Positions 1 to 9,752 are shown, numbered from the stretch's first letter. The stretch is 64,000 bases of DNA from Prochlorococcus sp. AG-676-L21 (GCA_003210915.1 QCUA01000001.1:8527-72526); one strand, 5' to 3'. Numbers and translations are program-made. Notes: generated from the sequence alone by a model not told the origin.

Positions 1-38
1 CCAGATTAACTCTAAGTTTGGGAGCTTTATTTTTATTC

Positions 39-1718
39 CTAAAAACGCCAATCCAGACTAACGTCTAAGGTATTGGCATCTAGATTACCATTTTTAGAAA
101 TCACTTTTCCTATGCCAGTTTGAAGGCTAAAGTCCTTATTGAGATTATATTCTAACCCGATACTCGGTTTGTATAATAAGGCACTGCCGCTATCAACCCC
201 TCCTCCTCCTCCGGCACCTATGAGCATTTCGCCATAGAATCTCCAGTTCTTCCAACTCGGGCCAAGAATGCCTAATCCCCAATGCCCCTCTGAATAACCA
301 CCGGCTCCTCCTTCATACGCGCTTAATCCTTGTCCTGTAAGGTACCACCAATCTCCTCCCATCCAATCTATTTTACCTCCCATAAGTTGCATGTCGCGTG
401 AAGAGCCTTCCTTACGTTGAGCATCAAAATACCATTGGTGTGCCGGGCGAAAGCGCCATTTGGTAGTTTTTATAAGATCTGTTTCCGTTAAAGGCGCCCC
501 TTTTTGATCCTGAGCAAAAGTTTCCATTACGTATGCCAAATTGAAACCGAGATATGGGGTGTCAAAATTGCCATCTGGAGCGGTGAGATAGCCGCCATCC
601 ATAATTAGACTGAGATCAGGAGAAAGTCGGTATTCCAATCCTAGATTTGCTCGGGCAACAAATCCTCCGCCGGTTTCGACCGACCCGCCGCCGGCGCCGC
701 CGATGGTTAGAGCGGGGAGTAGTGCCAGACGATCGTCTTCGGTTAGGGGAAGGCGATAACCTATCCCGGCTAAAAGTTCGGCGTACCCGCCTACTCCACC
801 TGAAAAGGCACCGGCAGTTTCAAAGGTTGTAAACCAGTTATCATCAAGAAAGTAAGAGTACTCTACGCCGACCATCCCCAATGAATCATTAAGTGACCCA
901 CCGGAGGTGGTTTTGTTGCCGCTGGCGGGAGAATAGGTACGAACGCGAGCGGCTAGGTGTGATCGGTGGCGGCTAACATTACTCCAGTCGGCTCCGAAGT
1001 GATCAGCCACAGTCAGCTCATCATCTTCCCAATTGAGTGCCGGTGAACTGAAGGGAATATCCAGGGAAAGCGCGATTGCATTGCTGGAAATATCTCCGTT
1101 TGGGAAGTCTACGTAGGTATAATTCAGCCCCAGTTCGCTCCATCTAAAGTCGTACTTGAAACCGATATGGGGGCGAATCATCAATCCGCCTCCTTGCGCC
1201 GCGGCACCTCCGCCCCCTGCACCCACATAGCTTCCCGCATCGAGAATAAAGTTACCTAATAACTGACGTTCCACGCCCAAGGTATAGCCACCAGTAAAGA
1301 ATCCGCCACGGCTTCCGGTAGCGGCGCCGTAAAGAGTGATGCCGCCGTAAAGCCAAGGGTTTAGTTGATCGTAAGCTCCTATACTATACAACCCCATTTT
1401 TTCGTCGGCATCTGGCATATCAATTTCCTCAAAGGAAATCCTCAAGGTACGATTGCGCCAAGTTGCTGGCTCGATAAAGGCGGCTTTGGATTTGGTCCCG
1501 GCAAACTGAAAACCTTCTTCATTTTCATTTTTAAAATAATTTTCGTCCCCTTTGTAAGATTTCCAAATAATCTTTTTTAAAGGTTTTTCCTTTTTTTCTC
1601 TTACCTTATCCCACTTGATTGAATTAAATTCAGAAGAATCTTTTGTTACTTTTTCTGCAAATATACCCAGAAAGTTAAAAATTTGAGCAATTATGAAAAA
1701 ATAAAATGCAAACTTCAT
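39..1718 (-). CDS. Outer-membrane beta-barrel protein with three internal Gly-rich repeats
   Basis: N-terminal signal peptide, amphipathic beta strands, three GAGGGG-type repeats, terminal aromatic residue (DWRF); body visibly more GC-rich than the genome. Confidence 0.7.
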   Translation of the reverse strand: MKFAFYFFIIAQIFNFLGIFAEKVTKDSSEFNSIKWDKVREKKEKPLKKIIWKSYKGDENYFKNENEEGFQFAGTKSKAAFIEPATWRNRTLRISFEEIDMPDADEKMGLYSIGAYDQLNPWLYGGITLYGAATGSRGGFFTGGYTLGVERQLLGNFILDAGSYVGAGGGGAAAQGGGLMIRPHIGFKYDFRWSELGLNYTYVDFPNGDISSNAIALSLDIPFSSPALNWEDDELTVADHFGADWSNVSRHRSHLAARVRTYSPASGNKTTSGGSLNDSLGMVGVEYSYFLDDNWFTTFETAGAFSGGVGGYAELLAGIGYRLPLTEDDRLALLPALTIGGAGGGSVETGGGFVARANLGLEYRLSPDLSLIMDGGYLTAPDGNFDTPYLGFNLAYVMETFAQDQKGAPLTETDLIKTTKWRFRPAHQWYFDAQRKEGSSRDMQLMGGKIDWMGGDWWYLTGQGLSAYEGGAGGYSEGHWGLGILGPSWKNWRFYGEMLIGAGGGGGVDSGSALLYKPSIGLEYNLNKDFSLQTGIGKVISKNGNLDANTLDVSLDWRF

Positions 1719-1909
1719 TTTATAAATCTCTTATTTTTGATTAATTATCTTCCATTAATGATACTCCTATGAAAAGATATATCGCATAATTAAGAATTTC
1801 TACGAACAACTCAGAATAACTATGCAATTTTTGGCGATTACCTTTTTCAAATTTCCTAATGAAAATATTTCATAAAAAAACTAAATTAATTATGAGATAA
1901 AATTGTTTT

Positions 1910-2329
1910 ATGGAAAAAATATTATTGTTTTTATTTTTATCAATTTTCACGCAAGTTGATTTAATTTTAGCTGATTTAGGCCCTTCCGAAGCTCCTCCCG
2001 ATATGAGAAAAGGTGCTCAAGGATTTAAAAGATATGATCAGGGAGATAAATTTCCAAAGGATATACAGAATGCATATTGCGCTAAATTCTTTAATAGTTG
2101 TGAAGTGGTATTTAAAGAAAATTTAATAACTGTAGATGATAGTAAAGGTGTAAGAAGAGATCAAATCAAAGGAGTTTGGAGAAATTTTCACACGGGTCAT
2201 TTACCAATAATTCATATAGAGTACGTTAATGATCTTGGAGAAATGAAAGTAGGTAGATTTTTATTTCAAGGGAATAACGCTGCCGATAAGTTTTGGTACC
2301 GAATAAATGAATTCGTTTATGGACGATAA
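1910..2329 (+). CDS. Exported hypothetical protein, paralogue of 8736..9242
   Basis: Signal peptide; shares DLGP, A-[YF]-C..C and EY[VI]N motifs with 8736..9242. Confidence 0.65.
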   Translation: MEKILLFLFLSIFTQVDLILADLGPSEAPPDMRKGAQGFKRYDQGDKFPKDIQNAYCAKFFNSCEVVFKENLITVDDSKGVRRDQIKGVWRNFHTGHLPIIHIEYVNDLGEMKVGRFLFQGNNAADKFWYRINEFVYGR

Positions 2330-2842
2330 ATGAAAAAAATAATTTTATTTAACTTGAGTCTTATAATAATTACTACTTCAAGTTTGTTCGCTCAACCCAA
2401 GGGAATCAATATCGCTCATGGAGGAAGACTTAATTCTAAAGGCTGCCATAATGACAAAAAGAATAATAGTTACCACTGCCATAACAAAAATAGTCAAAGA
2501 GATAAGCACGAATCGAACAAAACAAATGTAATTATTGAGAGTTGTTATGATGGAGATACTTGTACAACTAGTCAAGGTGAGAAGATAAGACTAGCTTGTA
2601 TTGATACTGCTGAATTAAGAGGTCCAAAAGCTCAGCCTGTTATAGCCCAGGCTGCAAAGGATTATCTAAATAATCTAATAGCTGGAAATAAAGTTTTTAT
2701 TAAAAGAATTACTAAAGATAGATATGGTAGGACAGTTGCTGAGTTATCAATAAATGGAAAAAATATTCAACAAATTATGTTTAATAGTGGTTATGCAAAA
2801 ATATATTCAAAATATGCATATCAATGTGCTTGGTCAAGATAG
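2330..2842 (+). CDS. Secreted thermonuclease (SNase-like) with N-terminal YHYH-type His/Cys motif
   Basis: YDGDT, IRLACIDTAE and DRYGRTVA SNase motifs; HGGRLNSKGCH..YHCH motif. Confidence 0.85.
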   Translation: MKKIILFNLSLIIITTSSLFAQPKGINIAHGGRLNSKGCHNDKKNNSYHCHNKNSQRDKHESNKTNVIIESCYDGDTCTTSQGEKIRLACIDTAELRGPKAQPVIAQAAKDYLNNLIAGNKVFIKRITKDRYGRTVAELSINGKNIQQIMFNSGYAKIYSKYAYQCAWSR

Positions 2843-3439
2843 ATGGGATTAAACGAAAAAAATAACGAAAATAATGGATTTACACTAATCGAACTATCTG
2901 TTGTGATTGGAATCTTATCAATACTGAGTAGTATTAGTTTTGTCTATTTTAATGGTGTTAATAGAAGAGCTAGAGAGGTCGCAGCTCAAAACGCTCTGTT
3001 AACGATTAAAAAAGAATGCGAAACGAATTATGCATATTCCTTACCTCTATTTTATGAGGATAAAAGGCTGCAAAAATATGTAATCTTATCTAACGGACAA
3101 AATAGTTGCTATGGAAATTCAATAACTGGTCTGGTGAGTGCAGTACCAGAGGAAAAAGATTTAAGTCCATACTATTACTACAACTTTAACGATGGCGAAT
3201 TAAGTTGTGCTTACAATAATGGAGAAAAATTACCAATCTCAGAATGTAATAACAATAATTTAGATAAATCTAATCAAAGTAGTAATAACGATAGAGATCA
3301 AGATAACGATGACCCTCCTAAAAAATATAAATGTGCAGATATAGGTGACTGGAATCTAGCTCAAAAACTTCTTAGTCAAGGGCACTCATATTTAGATCGG
3401 GACAAAGATGGCGAGGCTTGTGAAGTCCTGGCTGATTAA
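2843..3439 (+). CDS. Type IV pilin-like protein with C-terminal Excalibur Ca-binding domain
   Basis: GFTLIEL prepilin site plus hydrophobic helix; C-terminal C...LDRDKDGEACE. Confidence 0.8.
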   Translation: MGLNEKNNENNGFTLIELSVVIGILSILSSISFVYFNGVNRRAREVAAQNALLTIKKECETNYAYSLPLFYEDKRLQKYVILSNGQNSCYGNSITGLVSAVPEEKDLSPYYYYNFNDGELSCAYNNGEKLPISECNNNNLDKSNQSSNNDRDQDNDDPPKKYKCADIGDWNLAQKLLSQGHSYLDRDKDGEACEVLAD

Positions 3440-3655
3440 AATCAAATAATAATTAAATAAATAAATAAATAAATTATCTTTTTGTAGGTTGCTCCGCTTG
3501 TATAAATGATTGGAAGTTTATCTAAATTAATTGCTCTTCTTATGGGCTCTCTTCTTGTAGGAAGAACTTTTGTTGGTGGAATTATTTACTTTAGTAAATA
3601 ACCCTATTTAGCCTTTTTAGTTTTTAAAATATGTAAAGTTCAAATTTCTAATAAA

Positions 3656-3913
3656 ATGATTGAAAAAAAAGAAGACAATATTCGAAGCGAAAGCTTTTAC
3701 CCAGATAGTAAATATTATGTTGATCAGGACAATACTCCTAAAGAGACTCCACTTTCAGAAGATAAAATATCCAATGTTGGGAGGAGTTTTGAATGGCCAA
3801 ATAGCTATTGGTTTATTGCGGAAAGGACTAATGGCAGACTTGCAATGATTGGATTTATGGCTGTGATAATTAACTACACTTTATTTGGTTGGATTGCATA
3901 TCCAATCCTTTAA
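3656..3913 (+). CDS. hli: High-light inducible protein
   Basis: AERTNGRLAMIGF chlorophyll-binding motif. Confidence 0.9.
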   Translation: MIEKKEDNIRSESFYPDSKYYVDQDNTPKETPLSEDKISNVGRSFEWPNSYWFIAERTNGRLAMIGFMAVIINYTLFGWIAYPIL

Positions 3914-3922
3914 GTTTTAATT

Positions 3923-4036
3923 ATGGGATTTTTAAATGATCTTTGGAATAATCAACCAGCTACAGTTATTGGTGAAGGTTTAGCAATAGCAGTTTTGTTG
4001 GGAATTTATATTTTTTTACTCAATACATATAAGTAG
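3923..4036 (+). CDS. Small single-TM protein (37 aa, MGFLNDLWNNQPATVIGEGLAIAVLLGIYIFLLNTYK)
   Basis: Hand-translated ORF directly after hli; one hydrophobic helix. Confidence 0.45.
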   Translation: MGFLNDLWNNQPATVIGEGLAIAVLLGIYIFLLNTYK

Positions 4037-4173
4037 TTTTTTATTAGCTATAGCGGGCGATACACCCTCCAAAGCTATACAACACCTCGCCCGTTCCTGG
4101 CCCGAAGAGGTTTTAAGACAAATTAGAAATGAAAAAACCTGGGAAAGCTTCCTATGACTTGGTTTTTAAATGT

Positions 4174-4219
4174 TCGGGGCGACAGGATTCTAACCTGCGA
4201 CCTAGTACTCCTGTAGCAC
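4174..4219 (-). repeat. tRNA-Pro 3' half att copy 1 (5 mismatches)
   Basis: tcggggcgacaggattctaacctgcgacctagtactcctgtagcac compared with 17931-17976. Confidence 0.9.
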
Positions 4220-4402
4220 TCGGTCAGCAAATTGCGACAGCAGACCAAATAAACAAGGGAGCCTATAGCTTATTAGTTGGTATAAAAGGGATGTATTTGA
4301 GTCTCAGTATTGCATCCATATATAGCAAGGTATAGCATAGGTATGCAAATGATCGCCATAGGATCACCCATATAAAATATCCTAAAATAATTATTTTAGA
4401 CC

Positions 4403-5146
4403 ATGGTTAATAAAGGTTCAAAATATATTAATTTGCTATCGAAGAATATAAAAAGTAGAAAGGAAGGCTTAAGAAATTTAAAATATTTTTTACTAAGACT
4501 TGTTTGTAATAACAGTTCAATAGCAAATCATGAATTAGATCAATTGATCAAAAATTATTTTTCTTATTCAGCCAAAGGATTAAAAATTCTTGATATTGGA
4601 TCTGGGCTATGCAATTATTACCCAGAAAATGTAACTGAATCAAAGAATAAATATTTTGCTTGCGATTTAAGTGATGATTTAAAAAAATTACTTGAAAAAA
4701 GAGGTATAGAATTTATTCAGGGTGACATGGTCAAAGATAAATTAACATTAACAGAAAATTCTTTTGATATCATTATTTGTTCTCATGTTATTGAGCATAT
4801 TGAAGAACCATCAAATATATTATTTGAGATTAATAAACTATTAAAAATATCAGGAATTTTATTTTTAAAAACACCAGATATAAAAGTAGTTAAATGGAAT
4901 TTTTTTAATGACTTTACACATAAAAGACCATATACAAAAAATAGTTTAAAAGAACAAATTGAATCGGATTCGATGCGAGTTGTAAAGTGCTCGTCATCAA
5001 CTCTTTATAAAGAGTTTGCTTTTAACTTATTAAAAAATAATCTATTTAATCCTTTTAATATTATTTTCCTAATTATTGGTTTTTACACTTACTTTATAAG
5101 AAATGACATGCGAGAACTTATCTGTATAGTTAGAAAATTAAGATAG
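4403..5146 (+). CDS. Class I SAM-dependent methyltransferase (cassette A cargo)
   Basis: ILDIGSG motif I; FDIIICSHVIEHI. Confidence 0.85.
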   Translation: MVNKGSKYINLLSKNIKSRKEGLRNLKYFLLRLVCNNSSIANHELDQLIKNYFSYSAKGLKILDIGSGLCNYYPENVTESKNKYFACDLSDDLKKLLEKRGIEFIQGDMVKDKLTLTENSFDIIICSHVIEHIEEPSNILFEINKLLKISGILFLKTPDIKVVKWNFFNDFTHKRPYTKNSLKEQIESDSMRVVKCSSSTLYKEFAFNLLKNNLFNPFNIIFLIIGFYTYFIRNDMRELICIVRKLR

Positions 5147-5262
5147 AAATATTTAAATTATTCTTGATTTTTATAAAACTTTCTCGAGAATAATGCAGCA
5201 AGCTATAGCAAATGATTGCCCAGAGATTGCCCAGAGGATGATTGAGAATGCTGAGAAGTCAA

Positions 5263-5308
5263 TCGGGGCGACAGGATTCTAACCTGCGACCTAGTACTCC
5301 CAAAGCAC
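5263..5308 (-). repeat. tRNA-Pro 3' half att copy 2 (2 mismatches)
   Basis: Direct match to 17931-17976. Confidence 0.95.
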
Positions 5309-5395
5309 CGCACACCCCATTAGCATCACTAGGTTTTCAAGCTATAACTATTTTTTACTTAGTTCTGCATGGTTTGTCCTGACAATTTAATCAAC

Positions 5396-5428
5396 ATTTG
5401 ACCACTATTTGACCACTATTTGACCACT
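5396..5428 (+). repeat. 3x ATTTGACCACT tandem repeat, putative integrase arm sites of cassette B
   Basis: Exact 11-bp triplet; motif recurs direct at 7340 and inverted at 7356. Confidence 0.8.
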
Positions 5429-5453
5429 TTTAAAGTAATGTCAGGTTTAATAA

Positions 5454-6419
5454 TTATTTTAATCCTGGCATCGAATTAATTTTTATCTCGTGCAATGCCC
5501 TTGCAATATTAGCAATTCTGCTACTGTCTCCTGGTTCAACTACAGGCATTATTTGAGACATTGCATCTAATGCATCATTGAGTGCTGTTGGGAGAAGTGT
5601 TTCTAACATTGAGTTATTATCACTAGCATTTAGTAAGGAGTTCAAAGCATTATTAAGGTTTATTCCATTAGTACTTGGTTCCGCGATTAATAGGCCTTCA
5701 GTTGTTAAAGCTAAAGAAGCTAATCCAGAATTTGAAATTGATGATTCAATATTTTGTGCAACGATTGGAGATACAGTTAAGACAACTCCAGTGGATATGC
5801 TAATACCGTTTGAATTAATTATTTCACTAGCTGATTCACTAGTTTGAACTATAACTTTGCTTTCAGAAGATGTTAAAGATAATGCAGGAGACAAATCATT
5901 TGAAGTAATAAGATTTAATCCTAGGGATAAACTAATGGAATCAATATTATTAAAATTCACAAGTGAAGTGCTATTAGATGAACCTAAGGGAGTGCTTGTT
6001 ATTAAAGAAGCCCCCTCTAATGTAAATGTACTGGTAATACTTAAATCTATTCCAACAGAGTTAGTAATAAGGGTTGTAGTTCCTGGGACAAAACTTATGT
6101 CAAATGAATTGCCACCGAGATAGTTACTTATGGTTGTATTAGGTGCAACATAAGGCATTCCTCCCCATGAAAAAACACTTGAATTTGTAGCTTCAGATGA
6201 TAACGCAGCATCACAGTTAGTTGTGTTAGATGTTTTGCCTGAAGAAGAACTACAAGAATCTGAATTAGATGATTTCTTTGCTGTGGTACTTGATTTACCT
6301 GAATCGCCTCCACCCTTCTCACTTTTACCAGCAAAACAATTTTGTTGTTGAGTAAAAAACAGAAAGAAAACAAAGATAAAAAATAATCTTTTAAATTTTT
6401 TAGGGATAATTTTTGTCAT
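5454..6419 (-). CDS. Ser/Thr-rich exported protein
   Basis: Signal-like N-terminus, low-complexity S/T/G tract. Confidence 0.65.
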   Translation of the reverse strand: MTKIIPKKFKRLFFIFVFFLFFTQQQNCFAGKSEKGGGDSGKSSTTAKKSSNSDSCSSSSGKTSNTTNCDAALSSEATNSSVFSWGGMPYVAPNTTISNYLGGNSFDISFVPGTTTLITNSVGIDLSITSTFTLEGASLITSTPLGSSNSTSLVNFNNIDSISLSLGLNLITSNDLSPALSLTSSESKVIVQTSESASEIINSNGISISTGVVLTVSPIVAQNIESSISNSGLASLALTTEGLLIAEPSTNGINLNNALNSLLNASDNNSMLETLLPTALNDALDAMSQIMPVVEPGDSSRIANIARALHEIKINSMPGLK

Positions 6420-6427
6420 AATTAATT

Positions 6428-7351
6428 TTAAAACCTGAATGAATAACCTGTATTTATATTGAACTGAGCACCATTAGTTGAGTTATCAGTAATATCTGAT
6501 ATGCCTAAAGAAAAATTTAAAGGGAAATCAAAAGGACTTAGACCAAATCCTGCATTTAATGCATTTCCATTCCAACTAGAAGCAAAAGAAACTCTCGGTA
6601 ATATTTGTACACCATAACCACCAAAAAAATTAGGATCATTTGTGTTTTCTTTGATGGCTGTATTTGATCTATGTGAACCAGTTCCTACCCCAAGGGTTAA
6701 TAAAGAGGCAAATTTATTATCAGCATCTGGTCTTAATTCAAATTCTTTACTAATAACTCCATAAACAGTATCTTTTTTTGTAGCCTCTCCCCATTTAATT
6801 GGATTTGTCCACGAAATAGCTGCATGTGTATTAAAGAAAGATGGCAATGATTTATGTAACTTTATTCCAGCAGTACCATCTGCTCCAAATCCACTCTCCC
6901 CTTTTTGGGATAATAAACTGATAATTCCAACAGATATTTCTCCTCCTATCGATTCATTTGGATCTCCAAATCCAAACCCAAAGTTCATTGATCCATCAGC
7001 AACTTTTTTATTATTTTTATTGTGCCAAGTAAAAAGACCTTCATCATAATCAGCTGTATAAGCAACTGATACGAACACATCCTTCCAAGACGAACCCATT
7101 GCACTGGGGATGCCAAAACTTAACCCAGGATTAGGTTCTGGTTTCTTAGGCTTTTCATCTTGAACCCTTTTAATTATTGGGCTAATTCTTAACTGATTAG
7201 TATTATTATTAGCCAGAGCATAATTGCTATAGAAAGGTAAAAGAATGAAAATAGGACATAACTTTAAGAATTTAAAATTAATATTCATTGATATTAATAA
7301 TTTTAAAATTAATTTCTTAATCGTATTTGAATTTCCATTATTTGACCACAA
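6428..7351 (-). CDS. Putative outer-membrane beta-barrel protein (true start probably downstream of the annotated one)
   Basis: Signal peptide, beta-rich sequence, C-terminal YSFRF. Confidence 0.65.
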   Translation of the reverse strand: MWSNNGNSNTIKKLILKLLISMNINFKFLKLCPIFILLPFYSNYALANNNTNQLRISPIIKRVQDEKPKKPEPNPGLSFGIPSAMGSSWKDVFVSVAYTADYDEGLFTWHNKNNKKVADGSMNFGFGFGDPNESIGGEISVGIISLLSQKGESGFGADGTAGIKLHKSLPSFFNTHAAISWTNPIKWGEATKKDTVYGVISKEFELRPDADNKFASLLTLGVGTGSHRSNTAIKENTNDPNFFGGYGVQILPRVSFASSWNGNALNAGFGLSPFDFPLNFSLGISDITDNSTNGAQFNINTGYSFRF

Positions 7352-7420
7352 TTAGAGTGGTCATATTTTGAATAAAAAAATACAGGCTGGGAAACTTTTC
7401 TATGACTTGGATTATTAGAG

Positions 7421-7470
7421 TCGGGGTGACAGGATCCGAACCTGCGACCTAATCCTCCCAAAGCACCCGC
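7421..7470 (-). repeat. tRNA-Pro 3' half att copy 3 (4 mismatches)
   Basis: Match to 17931-17980. Confidence 0.9.
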
Positions 7471-7624
7471 AAGATTTAAGCTATAACTGAGACTTATCTT
7501 GCTATCAGGAATTTTAAAGAAGAAAGTAAGGACCCTTTTGACTAGGATCTCTTGGTTTGCGTGAGTTTTGCGTGCAACAATTTTTAATGATATAGGTAAT
7601 TAAGGTTTTCACATAAATCAAAAA

Positions 7625-8107
7625 GTGATATTTTCAAAATATGAATTTTTTTATTTAACTAAAAATTATAAATCATTTTTAGTTAATGAATATGCCTTAA
7701 AAAATAAGGCTAATAAGGGATTTTCTCTTGTTGAACTAGTTGTTGTCATAGCTGTATTAGCAATTCTTTCCGCTGTCGCTATACCCGCATTTGTTGGAGT
7801 TCAAGAAAGAGCTGCTGTTGAAGTGGCAAAACAATTTTTATTAAATGCTTTTAAAGAGTGTTTAATTAAAGATTCAGGAGGAGATACAAATCCTTCGTAT
7901 AATATTCCACCTAATAATAAATATTTTCAATTTCCAGATTCAGGTGACGATGGTGTGTGTTTTAGCCCATCCTCAGGAAACACACTTACAGCTGCGAGAA
8001 CTGATGGGAATGGTCAAACGGTATCTTATTACAACATAAATATTAATTTGAAAACAGGAGAAAAGACTACTGATCGAACAATATCCTCTTATCTTAATTG
8101 GGAGTAA
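7625..8107 (+). CDS. Type IV pilin-like protein (sole cargo of cassette C)
   Basis: GFSLVELVVVIAVLAILSAVAIP prepilin motif. Confidence 0.9.
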   Translation: MIFSKYEFFYLTKNYKSFLVNEYALKNKANKGFSLVELVVVIAVLAILSAVAIPAFVGVQERAAVEVAKQFLLNAFKECLIKDSGGDTNPSYNIPPNNKYFQFPDSGDDGVCFSPSSGNTLTAARTDGNGQTVSYYNININLKTGEKTTDRTISSYLNWE

Positions 8108-8197
8108 TTATGAAAATTATTTTTTATTTGCTTGAGTTTTGCGTGAAGCAATTATTTCGTGAATTATTTATTAGCTGAGACTTACTGCTATAACTGA

Positions 8198-8243
8198 TCG
8201 GGGCGACAGGAATCGAACCTGCGACCTAGTGCTCCCAAAGCAC
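8198..8243 (-). repeat. tRNA-Pro 3' half att copy 4 (1 mismatch)
   Basis: Match to 17931-17976; the preceding 30 bp are identical to 17901-17930. Confidence 0.95.
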
Positions 8244-8434
8244 TTGTATGTAACTTTGAGAAAATCATAAGAACATAGATTATAACTAGAGTTATCTATT
8301 GTGTTGGAACGTATTTGGGCCTCACAATCATGTCTTGCGATCGCATGAATTCGCATAAGATCGTGGCTTAGCGCCCCCCTTAGCGCCCCTAGTTGCAGCC
8401 TGGTGCCTTCTTGTAATCATGATAATTAAAACTG

Positions 8435-8480
8435 ATTGACAGTTGATCTAACATAGAGGGAAAAAACCTCTTTTTTTATG
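8435..8480 (+). promoter_or_regulatory. Conserved cargo leader element (TTGACA..GATCTAACAT-hairpin-T-run-ATG), copy 1
   Basis: Related copies at 11631-11677(-), 13299-13346(-), 14795-14841(+). Confidence 0.6.
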
Positions 8481-8735
8481 CTTAAATTTTTAATACCTTT
8501 ATCAGCTGCTCTTGCTTTACCTACTGCTGTTAATGCTGAGAGTTTATGGTTGATACTTAGATATGGTTCTGTTAATGCAGGGATGCCAAGAATGGCTGCT
8601 GCTGCTTCTCTAGAAAAAATTGAGATGAAGGATCTCAACCAATGCAAATCCGAGGGAGATAAGTGGGCTAATTCGATACTTCCTAAAGGTGAAAAAAAGT
8701 CCTTATTGACCTACCACTGCATAGTTGGCAAATAA
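8478..8735 (+). CDS. Small secreted protein (LIPLSAALALPTAVNA leader family)
   Basis: Signal peptide shared with other island ORFs. Confidence 0.7.
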   Translation: MLKFLIPLSAALALPTAVNAESLWLILRYGSVNAGMPRMAAAASLEKIEMKDLNQCKSEGDKWANSILPKGEKKSLLTYHCIVGK

Positions 8736-9242
8736 ATGAAACGCTTATTACTTCTATTCCTGGTGTCGATAGCCTTGCCCACTATTGCAGGCGATCTTGG
8801 CCCTGCAGATTTAAATCAAGAACAAATGTCCAAAGCATTTCCAAGTCTAGGAACGAAGTGGAATGCTTTTTGTGGCACTCATGATACGGGCCAAGATTGC
8901 ACAATTGAACTTGGGGAAACTAACTTAATTGTTGATTCTGAGTTCAGTGTCCCGTATGAAAAAATTCTTAGAACTGAAAAATGGGACACTATGTCTGGGA
9001 TAGCACGTTTATTGAAAATTGATCCTGCTTATACAAGATGGGATAGATATCGAAAAACAACACAATTTAATTTCTTGAACAATACTGTTTTAGTAGAGTA
9101 CATAAACGAAAATAATAGAAAGGTATTAGCTTTATTTTCTTTTAGACCAAACCAAATTTCACAATGGTATGGCTTTGGTAATGCAATGAGAATGATTTCA
9201 TATGGAGCAAATCCAGAAAATGTTGAAATGAAACAGGAATAG
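8736..9242 (+). CDS. Secreted hypothetical protein, paralogue of 1910..2329
   Basis: MKRLLL signal peptide; shared motifs. Confidence 0.7.
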   Translation: MKRLLLLFLVSIALPTIAGDLGPADLNQEQMSKAFPSLGTKWNAFCGTHDTGQDCTIELGETNLIVDSEFSVPYEKILRTEKWDTMSGIARLLKIDPAYTRWDRYRKTTQFNFLNNTVLVEYINENNRKVLALFSFRPNQISQWYGFGNAMRMISYGANPENVEMKQE

Positions 9243-9245
9243 AAT

Positions 9246-9314
9246 ATGAAACGCTTACTAATACCACTATTAGCAGCCCTCGCTTTACCTTCAGCTATTA
9301 ATGCAGATAATTAA
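9246..9314 (+). pseudogene. Orphan signal-peptide-only ORF (MKRLLIPLLAALALPSAINADN)
   Basis: Hand translation; stop two residues after the predicted cleavage site. Confidence 0.6.
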
Positions 9315-9404
9315 ATGACGTGTTTATAAAACCAAGTAGGTCGACCAACTTCTTGTATTTGTTCAAACCTATTTAATTTATTTGTTTACTCCTAAATCAA
9401 CCAA

Positions 9405-9527
9405 TTAGTAATTAATTAATTTTCTCTTTCCATCTCTAGTTTCTACTTTAGTTATTCTTAACCCAATAAAAGCAGCCCAAATAACTGCAAAAAGTACTGG
9501 TAAGAAAATGATTGCAAGTTTCATCAT
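9405..9527 (-). CDS. 40-aa single-TM micro-protein, PsbY-like, copy 1
   Basis: MMKLAIIFLPVLFAVIWAAFIGLRITKVETRDGKRKLINY; second copy differs mainly at synonymous sites. Confidence 0.6.
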   Translation of the reverse strand: MMKLAIIFLPVLFAVIWAAFIGLRITKVETRDGKRKLINY

Positions 9528-9752
9528 TTTTTTAAAAGTGTTATTTGCTCAAAAGAATAACCTTTAAATAAATCAAAAAAAATAAGTACTTTATCTGAAA
9601 TTTGACGTTTTTTTTCAATTTTTCATTAAGTAGTTAACCGTTAAGTTGTTAAGTAGTTAACCAGTTAACCCTTTTTGAAATCTGTACGCTAGCGAACTTT
9701 TGACGTGCGAATAACCCACATCGAAAACCTCTAAAAGGGACCCGTCCCCTTT

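Noticed and set aside
3444-3474. AAAT microsatellite
   Set aside because: Short low-complexity run expected in AT-rich intergenic DNA
4129-4335. ORFs overlapping tRNA sequence (also 8171..8356 and 17921..18163)
   Set aside because: Translations of tRNA/att sequence, not credible proteins
5578-6373. Short antisense or off-frame ORFs inside long genes (here and throughout the core region)
   Set aside because: Shadow frames of well-supported CDSs with no recognisable motifs
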